Below are positions 14,316 through 27,274 of a stretch of 64,000 bases of DNA, one piece after another. Both the position numbers and the translations under genes were made by a program. The stretch comes from Camelus dromedarius (taxonomy: Eukaryota), in assembly GCF_036321535.1 (NCBI RefSeq), contig NC_087437.1, positions 98,210,001-98,274,000 on the forward strand, in the 5' to 3' direction. Every line of letters starts with the position of its first letter. Positions within the stretch are counted from its first letter, which is position 1. The notes under the pieces are model-generated. The model made no database searches, was not told the DNA's origin, and saw only the letters and a program-made list of their open reading frames with translations.

Positions 14316-16697
14316 CAGGCATATTTCAGAGCTATTGTGGGTTTGGGTCCAGCCCACTGCAATAAAGTGAATACTGCAATAAAGTTGAGTCACACAAATT
14401 TTGTGGTTTCCTAATGCATATAAAATAAGTCACGTTTACACTATACTGTAGCCTATTAAGTGTGCAATAGCATTTTATATCTTTAAAAAGTGCATACTTA
14501 ATTAAAAAACACTTAATTGATTAAAAAATGCTAGCCATCATTTGAGTCTGTACAGAATCTTAATCTTTTTGCTGGTGGAGGGTCTTACCTTGGTGCTGAT
14601 GGCTGCTGACTGACAAGGGTGATGGTTGCTGAAGGTTGGGGTGCTGTGGCAATTTTTTAAAATAGGATAAGAGTAAAGTTTGCCACATTGATTCACAAAT
14701 GATTTCTCTGTAGCATGTAATGCCATTTGATAGCATTTTACCCACAGTAGAACTTCTCTCAAAATTGGAGTCAATCCTCCCAAACTCTGAAACTGCTTTA
14801 TCAACTAAGTTCATGTAATGTTCTAAATCCACTGTAATTTCAACAGTCTTCACAGCCTCTTCACTAGCAGTAGACTCCATCTCAAGAAGCCACCTTTTTT
14901 TGCTCATGCATAAGAAGGAACTCCCATCTGTTAAAGTTTCAGCATGAGATGGCAGCAATTCAGTCACATCTTCAGGTACCATTTCTAATTCCAGTTCTAT
15001 TTCGACCACATCTGCAGTTGCTTCCTCCACTGAAGTCTTGAACTCCTCAAAGTCACCCATGGGAATTGGAATCAGCTTCTTCCAAACCCCTGTTAATGTT
15101 GATATTTTGACCTCTTCCCATGAATCACAAATGTACTTAGTGGCATCTAGAATGGTAAATTCTTTTCAGAAGGTTTTCAATTTACTTTGCAAGATTCTCA
15201 GAAGAATCACTATCTAGGGCAATTATAACCTTATGAAATGTGTTTCTTGAAAAATAAGACTTGAAAGTCAAAATTGTTCCTTGATCCGTGGTTTCAGAAT
15301 GGAGATTATATTAATAGGCATGAAAACAAGATTAATCTTGTTGTACATTTCCATCAGAGCCCTCAGGTGATCAAGTGCATTGTCAATGAGAAGTCATATT
15401 TTGAAGGGAATCTTTCATTTTGAGCAGTAGGTTTCAACAGTGGGCTGAAAATATTCAGTAAACCATGTTGTAAACAAGTGTGTCGTCATCTTAGGCTCTG
15501 TTATTTCATTAACAGAGCAAGGCAGAGTAGATTTAGCATAATTCCTAAGGGCCCTCAAACTTTCAGAGTAATAAATGAACATTGGCTTCAATTTAAAGTC
15601 ACCAGCTGCTTTAGCCCCTAACAAGAGAATTATCCTGTCTTGAAACTTGAAAGCCAAGCATTGACTTCTCTCTAGCTATGAAAGTCCTAGATGGCATCAC
15701 CTTCCAACAGAAAGCTGTTTAGTCTACATTGAAAGTCTTGTTTAGTGTAACTACCTTTATTCATATCTTAGCTAGATCTTCTGGATAACCTGCTGCAGTT
15801 TCTACATCAGCATTTGCTGCTTCACTTTGCACTTTTATGTTAAGCATATGGCTTCTTTCCTTAAACTCATGAACCAGCTTCTGCTAGCCTCAGAATTTCT
15901 TCTGCAGTATCCTCATGTCTCTCAGCCTTCATAAAATTGAAGAGAGTTAGGACTTTGCTCTGGATTATGCTTTAGCTTAAGGGAATATTATGGCTGGCTC
16001 AGTCTTCTGTCAAGACCACTAAAACTTTCTCTTTATCAGCAATAAGGCTGTTTTGCTTTCTTATCATTTGTGTGTTCACTTGAGTAGCATTTTAATTTCA
16101 AGAACTTTTTCTTTGAACTCACACTGAGCTAACTGTTTGGCACAAGAGGCCTAGCTTTCAGCATATCTCAGCTTTCAACATGCCTTCCTCGATAAGCTTA
16201 ATCATTTCTAGTTTTGGATTTGAAGCTAGAGTGAGAGATTGCAAAGTTTCCTTTCACTTGAACACTTAGAGGCCATGATAGGGTTATTAACTGGCCTAAT
16301 TTCAATGTTGTTGTGTCTCAGGGAATAGAGAAGCCAGAGGAGGAGAAAGACAGGGAACAGCCGACCAGTAAAGCAGTCAGAACACACGTAACAGTTATCG
16401 ATTAAGTTCATCATCAAAAATAGGAGTGATTGGTGGCTTCCCTAAACAATTATAATAATAACATTGAGAATCACTGAAAATAGATCACCATCATACATAC
16501 AATAACAATGAAAAAGTTTGAAATATTGTGAGAATAACCAAAATGTGACACAGAGACAGGAAGTGAGCAAATGCTGTTGCAAAAATGGTGCTCATAGACT
16601 TTCTTGACACAAGAGTTGCCATAAACTTTCAATCAGTTAAAAAAAAATACAATTATTTGTGATGTGCAATAAAGTGAAGCACAAAAATGTAGATCTG
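14316..16697 (-). mobile_element. Tigger1 (TcMar-Tigger) DNA transposon, near full length, transposase disrupted
   Basis: End caggcatatttcagagctattgtggg at 14316. The other end decays to ...gcaataaagtgaagc...ctg followed by TA. ORF remnants [26 protein letters not shown] (DDE region) and GRIDSNFERSSTVGKMLSN match Tigger1 transposase. Confidence 0.95.
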
Positions 16698-16799
16698 TAC
16701 TAAAAAATCCTACTTGACAGAAACTCAACAAGAAGCTGATGTAACATGCCAGAAATGTCTCAAAAATATTGTGGAAATAAAGCAAAAATAGAAAATGCA

Positions 16800-17117
16800 A
16801 TTGTCCAAGGGGAAAGTGGAGGGCAGGAATAAATTAGGAGCTTGGGATTAGCAGATACAAATCACTATATACAAATAGATAAGCAACAAGGTCCAACTAA
16901 ATGGCACAGAGAATTAGATCCAATAGCTTATAATAACCTATAATGGAAAAGAATGTAAAACAGAATATACATTATATATATATCAACTAATATATATACA
17001 CGTTATATATATATCAACTAATTTATTTATATATATATATATATAAATAACTGAATCACTATGCTGTACACCAGAAACTAACACAACATTGTAAATCAAC
17101 TATACTTCAATTTAAAA
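16800..17117 (+). mobile_element. L1 3' end (cetartiodactyl-type) with internal (TA)n
   Basis: gggattagcagatacaaatcactatata...aactgaatcactatgctgtacaccagaaactaacacaacattgtaaatcaactatacttcaat plus A tail. Confidence 0.88.
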
Positions 17118-17183
17118 ATGTCTGCTAACCATTACTTACTAAAATTGATAAGGACAAAAATGATGCCCCTTCATACAAAAATA

Positions 17184-17357
17184 CAGTTGACCCTTGAACA
17201 ACATGGGGTTGAACTGCATAGATCCACTTATATGTGGATTTTTTTCCCAATACATACTACAGTATTATATAATCCAAGGTTAGATGAATCCACAGATGCA
17301 GAACAACAGGTACGGAGGTCAGTGCTCCTAGCCCTCACATTGTTCAAGGATCAACTG
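17184..17357. mobile_element. Tigger2a-like non-autonomous element
   Basis: TIRs cagttgacccttgaacaa / ttgttcaaggatcaactg, preceded by TA. Confidence 0.85.
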
Positions 17358-18416
17358 CTTTCAGTTAAGGAGTTTAAAAGTATAGTACCTCTATTCTTAA
17401 TATTATTTATTACATATTAAATCAAATGATACATAATACTAATCCTGAGAAGCAGCTTCTTAAAATATAAAAAATACCTTGTCTAAATCTATTTTTACTC
17501 TGAGCTCTTGTTCCTCCAACTCAGCTCCCTATACAAGTCCAATCTTTATTCAGGCTAATGTAGACATAGCAAACTTTTCAGTGTTTAAATATGAAATGGT
17601 GCTGTGAAACTTACCCTGTTACCTAAGATTTTCCTACTAGAAAACCTGGCTTCAAGCAGGCCCCTAAGACAAGCCCTGTCAGAGAAAGTTCTCCAGGCCG
17701 ACCTTCTTCTAAAACTATCTCACTGGAGTAAACAAGCCACCAAAGAGAGGCCACGTCCCTACACTAGTGCTTCGCCTCCGTGTTGGACTAGAGGGTATTC
17801 TGTCCACTCACAGCTGCAGCCAGGTCTCCCCTGCATTGGCTTCCATTATTACATCTATTGTATGCTATTCTTTTCAAGCTTATGTTTATGGGAGAAAATC
17901 TGAAGTCCTCAGCCACTGAGCAAACCAAACTCCTAAGCTCAATATGTTTTTATCATCCACGTATTTACGGTCAAAGACTGACCTTCAATTAAAAAGTAGA
18001 AGAACCAAATGAGGCAAAGCATCAAAAAGTATATTACAACTCAATTTAGACTTTTGTCTAGAAGGCCAAGGAGACTGTCACTTAAAAGAGAACTTTGGCC
18101 TCTCAACAAGTCAAAGTTTATTTTCTCTGACTAGTTCCTTAACTGAAATTAAAAGATAATCTGTGTCATTTCTTGAACAAATCTAAGCTACTAGTAAATT
18201 AAGTCAATCCAGCATAAGTGGTAAAACAAGTATTAATGTAATTGATATTAATCATATCCACTGCAATTATATAAATGTAGCTTGGAATGCTATGTGTCAT
18301 TTTAGTATGCTAATGTGCTTTTAGAAAAGCTATGAATTTCTAAACTCAAAGGCACTAAGAATGCCTGAAAATTGTTGACATTGCCATTAGCAATGTTCCA
18401 GCTGAGTTAGGTATTG

Positions 18417-18918
18417 CAAATCTTCTCAACTTAAGATGGGTTACATCCTGATAAATCCATGGTAAATTGGAAATATCCTAAACTGAAAATGCATCTAATA
18501 CATTTAAACTACCAAACAACATAGCTTAGCCTAGCCTACCTTCAATGTGCTCAAAACACATACATTAGCCTATAGTTGGGCAAAATCATCTAACACAAAG
18601 CCTATTTTGTAATAAAGTGTTGAATAGCTCATGTAACATATTGACTACTGTACTGAGAGTTAAATAAAAAACGGTGGTATGGGTACAGAATGGCTGTAGG
18701 TGTACTGATTGCTCACCCCCTCATCGCATGGCTGACTGGGAGCTGCAGCTCGCCACCACTGCCCAGCATCATGAGAGGGAACCATACTGTATACTGTAGC
18801 CTGGGCAAAGATCAAAATTCAAGATTCAAAGCACAGTTTCTACTGAATGCATATCATTTTCATGTTATTACGAAGTCGAGAATTGTAAGCTGAACCATCA
18901 TAGGTTGGAGACCATCTG
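18417..18918. mobile_element. MER47/Tigger5-like non-autonomous element
   Basis: catagcttagcctagcctacctt...gggcaaaatcatctaacacaaagcctatttt; ends ...ggagaccatctg. Confidence 0.8.
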
Positions 18919-19527
18919 AACAGGCTAAAAGCTACTCTTGCTGCATCTCACAAACAAAGCTGTGGGTAACTCTGTCCCAGCCGTCTGGTTTAGCACAATC
19001 AGATGAAGTAGATGAATCTTTATGCCTTATATTACATTAACAGCTGAGGAATTGAGGTTCTTCATTTACATATCTGGGCACAAGAGGAAAGGAGGCACTG
19101 AATTGTCCTTCAGAATGTGTGGCCCTGAAATCTATTTCTGTAGATGAGCCCTTTGAGATGGCTTCTGGATAAGGGCTCAGATTATTAAACCAAAATGCAA
19201 TCATCTATAGCAAAGAACGAGTTTGACTCTGTGAATAAGACAAAACGCAAAGCCCTGGGGGTTAAAGGAATGCTTTACAACTAGAATAAGAAAACTGTGT
19301 ATGTGTCACATATTACAAAGATATAACTTCAGGACCACCCATTTCTGCAGTTTTACATTTTAGTCAAAAACGATCACTCAGTCATCACTTTCTCTCTTCC
19401 TATCGCAGAGATATATCTCATGTGATGTCACAGGATGAGGGCTGTTAGGGCAGCTGCTCAAGATAAAAGGTCTCTAAGAAGCAATAGCTTCAGCTGTACC
19501 AGGTCTTCCCTGCGGGGCGATACTCAC

Positions 19528-19587
19528 GACACATGAGCCGAACTCGTATCGTGTCTTCTTCCTCTTGTCCAAAAGAAAAGCAAAACA
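19528..19587 (-). other. Candidate 60-nt internal exon of an unidentified (possibly non-coding) transcript
   Basis: The - strand reads gttttgttttgtttttctcccgccag|TGTTTTGC...CATGTGTC|gtgagt. Strong acceptor and donor, all three frames open, CpGs retained. No recognisable protein. Confidence 0.4.
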
Positions 19588-20859
19588 CTGGCGGGAGAAA
19601 AACAAAACAAAACAAAACAAAAACCAGTAAAATCAACATTAGGTCTGTCAAGGCAACTGAATTATTTCAGCACAAATTATTAAATTCTATATACTGGATT
19701 CACCCCAAACTATGAACTCCTATAAAGCAATCACCTTTGACAACAGATATTGTTATTTCACTTATGGCTTCTCTTCGATTTAGAATCTACAGGTATACAA
19801 TGTCACACATGTTAAACAACAAATGGACTCCTCCAAGTAAATGCAAAGCATCCGATATATAACCTGCTTGCCTTTCTAATCAGAGGCAGCTCTGCTGTGA
19901 CAGGATCTAGGCAGCCGCCAAGGACGCCATAGATGAAATTGTTTCAAGTAATACAGTCATTTTTACTCTCACCCTACAAAATTAAGAATAAAATTTAGTT
20001 TTTTCAGTGTTTGATAAAACAAGCATTTTGCTCCTCCTTTTAGAATTTTAAATAACAAGATAAACAAGTGTATCACCCATATAAGAGTATTATGAAGTCA
20101 AGAAGTGGCTTTTGTTGGAATTCTCACTAATTCTAGATCCACCTTTATTTCAAACGGACAATATTTGAGAAAAAAAATGATTAGCCTCAACCCAAATGAC
20201 TGGTATATCCAGGCATATTCACCAGAGCTATGAATTTCAGTTCAGAATTTTTCATTTTATTTTACTCACCAAAGACTAAATCCATTTACTTATATCATAT
20301 ATATAAATGATGATCAGTGGCTTGGAAAAAAACAAAAAGCCAAAACCACTCATATTCTTCAAACCAATGATCCAATTCCTGAGAATTTATCCCATGGAAA
20401 TAACATTAAAAGTGAAATAAGCATGTGCACAAACATGCTCAACGCACTGCTATTTTAGGGGGAAAATACTTCTCCCTGTTTGCTGAAAGAAACTGATTTG
20501 CATTCTGTATTCACTATGTGACATTATGAAGCTATGCAAATTATGGAAAGGTGTGTAATATGCAATAAGCAAAAGATAATATTTGATGTTGCTGTTTATA
20601 TTTGCTTACCTTTCAGTGCTACCTGGTGCTCTCCCTCATCTATCTCATTAGCAACTCACACTGGTCACCAGTAATTTCCTGATGGTTAAGTTCTGTGCCA
20701 CTATCAGCTTGTTATTTTGATTGATGTCAACAAGGAGAAAAGTGAACTCAGTCTTCTCTGGTACCACCTTCCATTCCTCCACTCCCTTCCTACCACATAT
20801 ACTTTGCTCCTCTTCTTATATACAATAGTCAGAAATTTGGGGGCCTTCCCTTCTCCCCT

Positions 20860-21475
20860 AAAATAATCTCCTAAATATCTGTTGGAATCCTGAGTTCTTC
20901 TCTAGCTCCAGCACCAAGCTTGGTTCCCGCCCTCACGATCTCTTCCCTAAACTACTGCAATTGCCTCCCTACTCAGCTCCCTGCTCCCAGTTCCTCTCTG
21001 GTCTACTACATCCTCCACCTTCCCACGTGTGCTCTTTCAAAAGTATATTTCTCATCATGTCACTTTCTTCTTAAAATCACTGACTCTTTCAAATTAAGAT
21101 AAACTCAAGTAGCGTGTATAGCACACAAGGACCTTCTTGCATCTCTTCTTCTCAGTGCTTGGTGTTCCCATTCCCGCTGAACCACCTGCATCTCCCCTTG
21201 ATTCTGCACCCATGGGAACCCCCACCTGTAATGACTTTTCTTACCTCATTTGCCCAAGTGACTCGCCTGTGTTTCCTTTTACAATTCTAGAGCACTCTTC
21301 AAAGTCTTCTAATTTAACTGATTGCGTGGGCATCTTTTCCAGTACATCTTGACCTCCTCTGGTCAGGCATTGTGTCGTATTCATTTCTGTATCTCCAATG
21401 ATATCACAGCACCTACTATTTACTGGAAGCTTAAGAAATATTCATTGAATGAATGAACGAAGTAAATGAGTAAGT
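20860..21475 (+). mobile_element. L2 3' fragment
   Basis: ctactgcaattgcctccctactcagctccctgc... and a tgaatgaatgaa tail. Confidence 0.7.
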
Positions 21476-22814
21476 GAAGAACCTGCAAGTATGTGAAATA
21501 TGCATCCACGAAGGCAAAGACAAAGTAAATGTGGGAAAATAAAACAGTTAATTTCTGACAACTGAATTAAAAGCATTTTTCTATTTCCAGTTATTTTATG
21601 AAAATGTTATAATAATAAAGATCTATAAAATCATAGTAAATGCCTACTATAGAAATTTCCATTGAGGAATAAATGCTGATTATCAATATTCTCATTGCTT
21701 ATGGTAGTGGTAACTTCTGTATGTACGAATGAAAAATTAGTAGAGATTTTTTGAGAAAAATTTTAGGCCAAAATACAGTTCCTGTATAAAAAATAATTGG
21801 TCCAAAATCACAACATTCAAAATCATTCAAGATATTAGAATCCTGGGGGCTTATTCTTATTTAAAATGGACAGGCAATTTCCAAAAGGTTAGCCTAAGGT
21901 TTCCATCCTAAGTAGCAACCTTTGCAAGTTTATATATGCAGTTCTGTCCATATACAGAATACAAAATTGCAAATGGGAATGAAATGGTCATCAATCAAAC
22001 ATCGAATACTAAGAGAATCCCGGAAACACTTTGCATTTCCAATTATGCTGCGTCACTTTACATACCCCAAGCTCCCTAGCAGATAAAACAATTTCTTATG
22101 ATAGAGAATAAGTTATCATGCTTTCTTAGACTATATGTATGGATGCATATGTTCATATGTGAAGTAGAGAAGAAGAGCAAACATGTGCGATCAGAGTTAA
22201 TCTCTTTTTAATCTACCATGATTAGCCGTGAATTTCAACAGATACTATTTCCCATAAGAATATTCTTTGCCCTTTATTATTAGCTTAAGTTACACTGAAA
22301 AAAATTTATTTTACTACTGATACATAAAATTCATATAGGAGCAGAAACCTAAATATGTTTTACTGCTTACTAGAAAAACTACATGATTATCAGTAAAGTC
22401 CCTCTACAGAGCTGGCTGAAATTCTCCCACGGTAGCCTACGAAGCATGAAACTACAGAAGACTACAGAGATCATCTAGTGCTTCTTTCTGCATGTTTTGC
22501 TTCATAGAAAATGGTGAGACTTAAGCTGAAATCAGTGGGACGGGGGTTGCTACATGGTGGACCACCACAGAGCACTACTCTTAAATCTTAGGCACCAAAA
22601 TCTCAAGAGTTTACACAAAGGGTCATACAAATCTGGTAATATTTCAGCTGTTTTAAAATTTTGAATGATTGGAGAAAAAGTAAAAGATGTTCAATTTTTA
22701 CAGAAATTCTGCCCCAGAAATTATGTAAAATAAATGACAAGTTCCAGCCCCTTAGCATTTAAAATATCACATTTCATTTTAAACTTTGAGGTTCTAAGCA
22801 GGCTGCAGGGTTGG

Positions 22815-23636
22815 TCAGGCCGGTGGTCACTGGGACTGGAGAATGTGTGAGACTGTGCCTTCAGATCAGCCAAAATACATCTGAGCTTCACCTCTGTCCT
22901 GACCCCTGCTCTCTGCCTTTTTCCTGCTCCTGCCTCTGATCAGGGGCAGGACTCAGAACCCAGATTCTCCTTCCTCAGCCCCCTCTCCAGATACCTCTGT
23001 ACTTTCTCTAGACTCCAACTTCACCTTGGTATGTTTATTGGAGCCTGGAGTGCCCTTCTGTGTTTTAAGCTGGCCTCTGGCTGGCAGAGAAGATGGCTGC
23101 TTTTTCTGTCCCTCCTAGTCTTTGACGCTATAGCAGTCTTCTCTTTGATCTTTCTGTTCTGTTTTTCTTGTTTGTGCTGTTCTGAAACTATGCCATCATC
23201 TGAGCTTCCAGATGAACTAGATGAGGGGGTCAGAGCCCCACAGCGCTTCTCCCAGGGCTCTCTGGTGGCGCCATCAGAGCGTCCTCTGAGGCTTCAGCGG
23301 GGCAGCATCAGTGGTCCACTCGGGTAGTTCTTCCCTTGACCTTGATTCCATTAAAATTATCAACAGCCAAAACTCCTCTGGTCTTTACAGCAGATAAAAC
23401 AGAATCCTTAGACTTCCCTGTCTTCCTGTCCCACATGAGATTAATGCTAACAATCTTCGGGTGCTGGGAGAATACACACAGGATGTCTCCTTTGGTCAGC
23501 TCAGAAGGAAGTCCCCCCAGGAAGATCCAGGCGCTATCCCTGTACTCGGAGTGCCATGTCATCTTGGCCACCACCGCAGTACTGGCCTCCATTCATTCAG
23601 CTTGTTAACCAGCTTCACCTCGGTTAATGGGTTCAC
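22815..23636 (-). pseudogene. RBMX2: Processed (intronless) pseudogene of RNA-binding motif protein X-linked 2 (RES complex Snu17 homologue)
   Basis: VNPLTEVKLVNKLNE...WHSEYRDSAWIFLGGLPSELTKGDILCVFSQ...LAVDNFNGIKVKGRTTRVDH is near-collinear with RBMX2. ATG is replaced by GTG at 23634-23636. Several frameshifts, a stop after RVDH, no introns. The decayed C-terminal part is traceable to about 22815. Confidence 0.93.
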
Positions 23637-23780
23637 CTGCCTGGGCTGGGGACCACACAAGGGCCCCCCTGGTGCCTGGACAACGCCCACTTCCGGTGGA
23701 TGTAAGGGAGCGCTGCGCCCGTGTAGACCTTCAGGGAAGGTGCCCTGTCCCTGCCGCACTCTCTCTATGTGCCGTCAGCT
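23637..23780 (-). promoter_or_regulatory. CpG-retaining GC-rich patch with an ETS motif upstream of the retrocopy
   Basis: The - strand reads ACCGGAAGTGGGCG (23684-23697). About 7 CpGs in 100 bp in an otherwise CpG-poor window. Confidence 0.4.
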
Positions 23781-24084
23781 GCTCTTTAAGTTTCAGCTTT
23801 TCATGATACCTTATTCACCGTGAAGAAGTGTGCCACTGCTCACTAGTTTGAAAGCTCTAATCAGGTTCAGTTTAAAAATAGTTAATTGAGTTGAAACAAA
23901 GACTTGTACTCTGAAAAGACGTCTGATCATAGAAGTTGTAACAACTCTTTTATTTTCTATTCCTTATAATAAATCCTTTTGAGAGCCTACAATGTGCTAG
24001 TTTCACTTTGGCCAAGTTATGAAGAGTATTTGATGTGTTACAAGGCAGCAACTCAGACTGAGCTTTACTTAGTATTGTAATCAT

Positions 24085-24858
24085 TGCATTGGGGTTCTTC
24101 AGACAAACAGAACAAATAGGATGTAGATAGATAGACAGACAGACATATGTATGTTTGTATAGAGTTTTTTAAAGATTTTTATTGAGTTATATTCATTTTA
24201 CAATGTTGTGTCCAATTTCAATGTAGAGCACAATTTTTCAGTTATATATGAACATACATATATTCATTGTCACATTTTTTTTCGCTGTGAGCTACCACAA
24301 GATCTTATATATATTTTCCTATGCTACATAGTATAATCTTGTTTATCTGTTCTGCATATGCCTGTCAGTATCTACATATTTTGAAATCCCAGTCTGTCCC
24401 TTTGTATAAAGATATTTTTTAAAAGGAGTTGGCTCATGTGATTACAGAAGATAAGAAGTCCCAAGATCTGCAGCTGGCAAGTTGGAGACCCAGAAGAACT
24501 GGTGGTGTAGTTGGTGTGGTTCCCGTTGGAAGGCTGGCAGGCTCTAGACCTAAGAAGAGATGATGTTTTAGTTTGAATGGAAGGCTAGGAAAGACTGATG
24601 TACCAGCTACCATCAGTCAGGCAGGAGGAATTTCCTCTTACTGAGGGTGGGTAGTAACCTTTGAGTTCTATCCAGTCCTTCAACTGATTGGATAAGGTTC
24701 ACCCGCATTAGGGAGGACAATCTGCTTTATTCATTCTACCAATTCACTTGTTACTCTCATCCAGAAACACCCCCATGGATACACCCGAAGTAACATTTGG
24801 CCAAATATCTGGGAATTTCATAGCCTAGTCAGGTTGACACATGAAATTAACCATTATA
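24085..24858 (-). mobile_element. MLT2-type (ERVL) solo LTR interrupted by an L1
   Basis: Ends ...gttgacacatgaaattaaccattata; internal aggagttggctcatgtgatta and ccttcaactgattggat. Confidence 0.85.
24165..24400 (-). mobile_element. Short lineage-type L1 3' end with TSD, inserted in MLT2
   Basis: T-rich head. TSD tttgtatagag (24154-24164) / tttgtataaag (24401-24411). Confidence 0.85.
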
Positions 24859-25979
24859 CCCATCAGGTTTCCAGAATGAATAAGCCCCAAACCAGTGATA
24901 ATTCTGCTCCACTTCTTCATGCGTATTTTATTGCTCTCAATAAAGAGGCGGTCTTTTGCTCTCAAAGATGGCAGTTCTCAGGGTGAATGCAACGCACATT
25001 TGTGTGTACAGTCAAAAATGGCAATAAATAACCAATATCTACTAACATACACAATGACTCCAGTGAGGGGTTTGTGGCATTTTGCAGAGTCTTAGTTTGA
25101 TCTGACTTCTTAAAATCGCCCACGTGAAACTACTGTAACTTCTGTAACCCACAAGTCTATAAGAGCTGGGATTTTTTTTTCCCCAAAAGTGTGCTTCACA
25201 GGGCATTTCACATCATGTGATGGTAGTCCCACTTGAAAACTACTTGAAATAGTCACTTAGGTGTAATGCTTATACTCAACCTAGTCATATGTCCAACATA
25301 TTAGATTTGAAACCCAGAAAATAAGTGCACACTTGTCACCCTGCCTTTGTTATTTCATTTCTATCATCGTTTCTAGCACAGACGAAAGAGCTCAAAAGTG
25401 ACACATAATAAAGAAGTTGAGTAAGTCTTAGAAACCCCTTCCAGCCTCTAGCACAGAAAATATACCTCTTCAGTGGTTCAACTTGACCCATAATTAAATG
25501 TCATCTAAAAGGAAAGATATATGTATTTCTAGTGACTAAGTGGACTTCTTGATTTATTTTACTTGTGAAAGATGGACTAATGGCATATGCTTATGGCTAG
25601 AGCTGGTAAAATATAACCTTGTGCATGGGAGAAGGGATTCGAAAATACCTACTCAGCTCTGTCCAGGAAGTTAAATAATTTACCCCAAGTCTATTCCACC
25701 ACAAGTACCTGGGTTATTCTACACCCTTGGGACCATACTGGAATCAGGAGATGGAAGTCAACAACTTTCAGTTATAAATCTGAGAGGCATTAGACAGAGG
25801 AACATACAAGGAAAAATATCCTCTCCAGCACTGGTATTACTTGTATCCTCATTAACAATAATACAAGTTACAAGTGTCTCATTGGAAAAGTGACGGGAAA
25901 AGACTGAACAACCTAGCCAGATAGGACTGTGTAGCTATACATACATACTCCTTCTTTGTCTAAGAAGTCTTTTGCATCA

Positions 25980-26224
25980 AAAAAGCCATATTAGGCACAG
26001 CAGGCCCAGTACCGAGGACCCCAATACTTTTCAAGGCCCATGGAAATGTCTTAATTCTTTAAAATCAGGAGAAAATTAAGTTTATGTGAAAGAAAATGTT
26101 TTAATATATAATACTATATATCAGTCTAATCATAAAACATGATTTTAAATAAGTTTGTTTAGGGAGGGTGGGGTCCATGAAGAAAAGAGTGCCTGAAGTC
26201 CGTAACAGTCATAATACGGCCCTG
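25980..26224. mobile_element. hAT-like MER fossil
   Basis: Right end cataatacggccctg and a decayed left end; family uncertain. Confidence 0.4.
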
Positions 26225-26229
26225 TTCCC

Positions 26230-26645
26230 CAAAGCCATGTTTACTCCACGTCGCCCCACCTCCCTGGCCGTAGCTGATTGAAATTGGGATAGACACTTGA
26301 CCTACATCAGATCCATCAGATTCTGTCTCCTATGGGTTTGGAATTGAGATTTAAACCTAATAAGTATTTGTTAGTTGATGGGACCTGCACCCTTTGTAGG
26401 CTTTGATGCTGTCATGTGTGTGAAAAAGTGATCTGTGTGCAAGCAAGAGAGCAGAATGGGTGATGATGTGGCCTGTGGGACAGAGAAGATGAGCCATGGA
26501 GATGCTGGCTGAGATCCTGCTGCTCCCCAGTGCCTGTAGGCTGGGGCTTGGTTGTCCAGACTTTCCTGGAGTCTATGACATGTCCCAGTCTCCTTCCTTA
26601 AATCCTATTTTTTTGGCTAAGCTGTTTGAAATGATTTTCTGCTAA
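26230..26645 (+). mobile_element. LTR16-like ERVL LTR
   Basis: gctgattg...gacacttgacc...ccatcagattct and 3' ttttttggctaagctgtttga. Confidence 0.5.
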
Positions 26646-26662
26646 TCTTAATCTAAGAGCAC

Positions 26663-27072
26663 TATGTTCATTTGCTAGGGCTGCTGTGACAAGGTAGCAC
26701 AAACTAGGTTGCTTTAAACAACAGAAATGTATTGTCTTGCAGTTCTGGGGACTACAAGTCTGAGATAATACTGTCAGCAAGGTTTGCTCCTTTTGAGGGC
26801 TTTGAGGGAAGGCTAGGTCCCGCGTCTCTCTCTTGGCTTGGAAATGGCTCTCTCTCTGCATCTTTTCATATCGTCTTCCCTCAAGTTGTGTCTGCGTCCA
26901 AATTTTCTCTTCTTTGAACAGTCAGATTGGATACAGGCTCACCCCAATAAGCTCACTTTAACTTGATTATCTCTGTTTGGACCGTATTGCCAAATAAGGT
27001 CACATTCTGAGCTGTTCAGGGGTAGGACTTCAACATATGAGTTTGGGGGGCACACACGTCAAACCTATAACA
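26663..27072 (-). mobile_element. MLT1 (MaLR) solo LTR
   Basis: gctagggctgctgtgacaa...aacaacagaaatgtattgtcttgcagttctgg...ccaaataaggtcacattctgag...ataaca. Confidence 0.9.
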
Positions 27073-27274
27073 CATACTAAAACAAGAGGGTAAATGTAGA
27101 TTAAATTGTAGAGTGCCCAGGTATTATTGCCATTGGTATTTTTAAATATATTTCTTCCCTTTTTATTGAATTTGAATTTTTACCTCCTTCTCCAAAACTT
27201 GACACCCATAAACTGAATGTTGCCCATAAATCATTTAAGGTTTTTAATTTCCAAAACATGATATGATATCCCAT

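Noticed and set aside
14560..15060. 166-aa ORF as a TIGD-like domesticated gene
   Set aside because: It is only a fragment of Tigger1. The upstream transposase is broken by stops and frameshifts.
23308..23592. 94-aa RRM ORF as a functional RBMX2 paralogue
   Set aside because: The native start is lost, RNP1 is scrambled by frameshifts, and there is a premature stop after RVDH.
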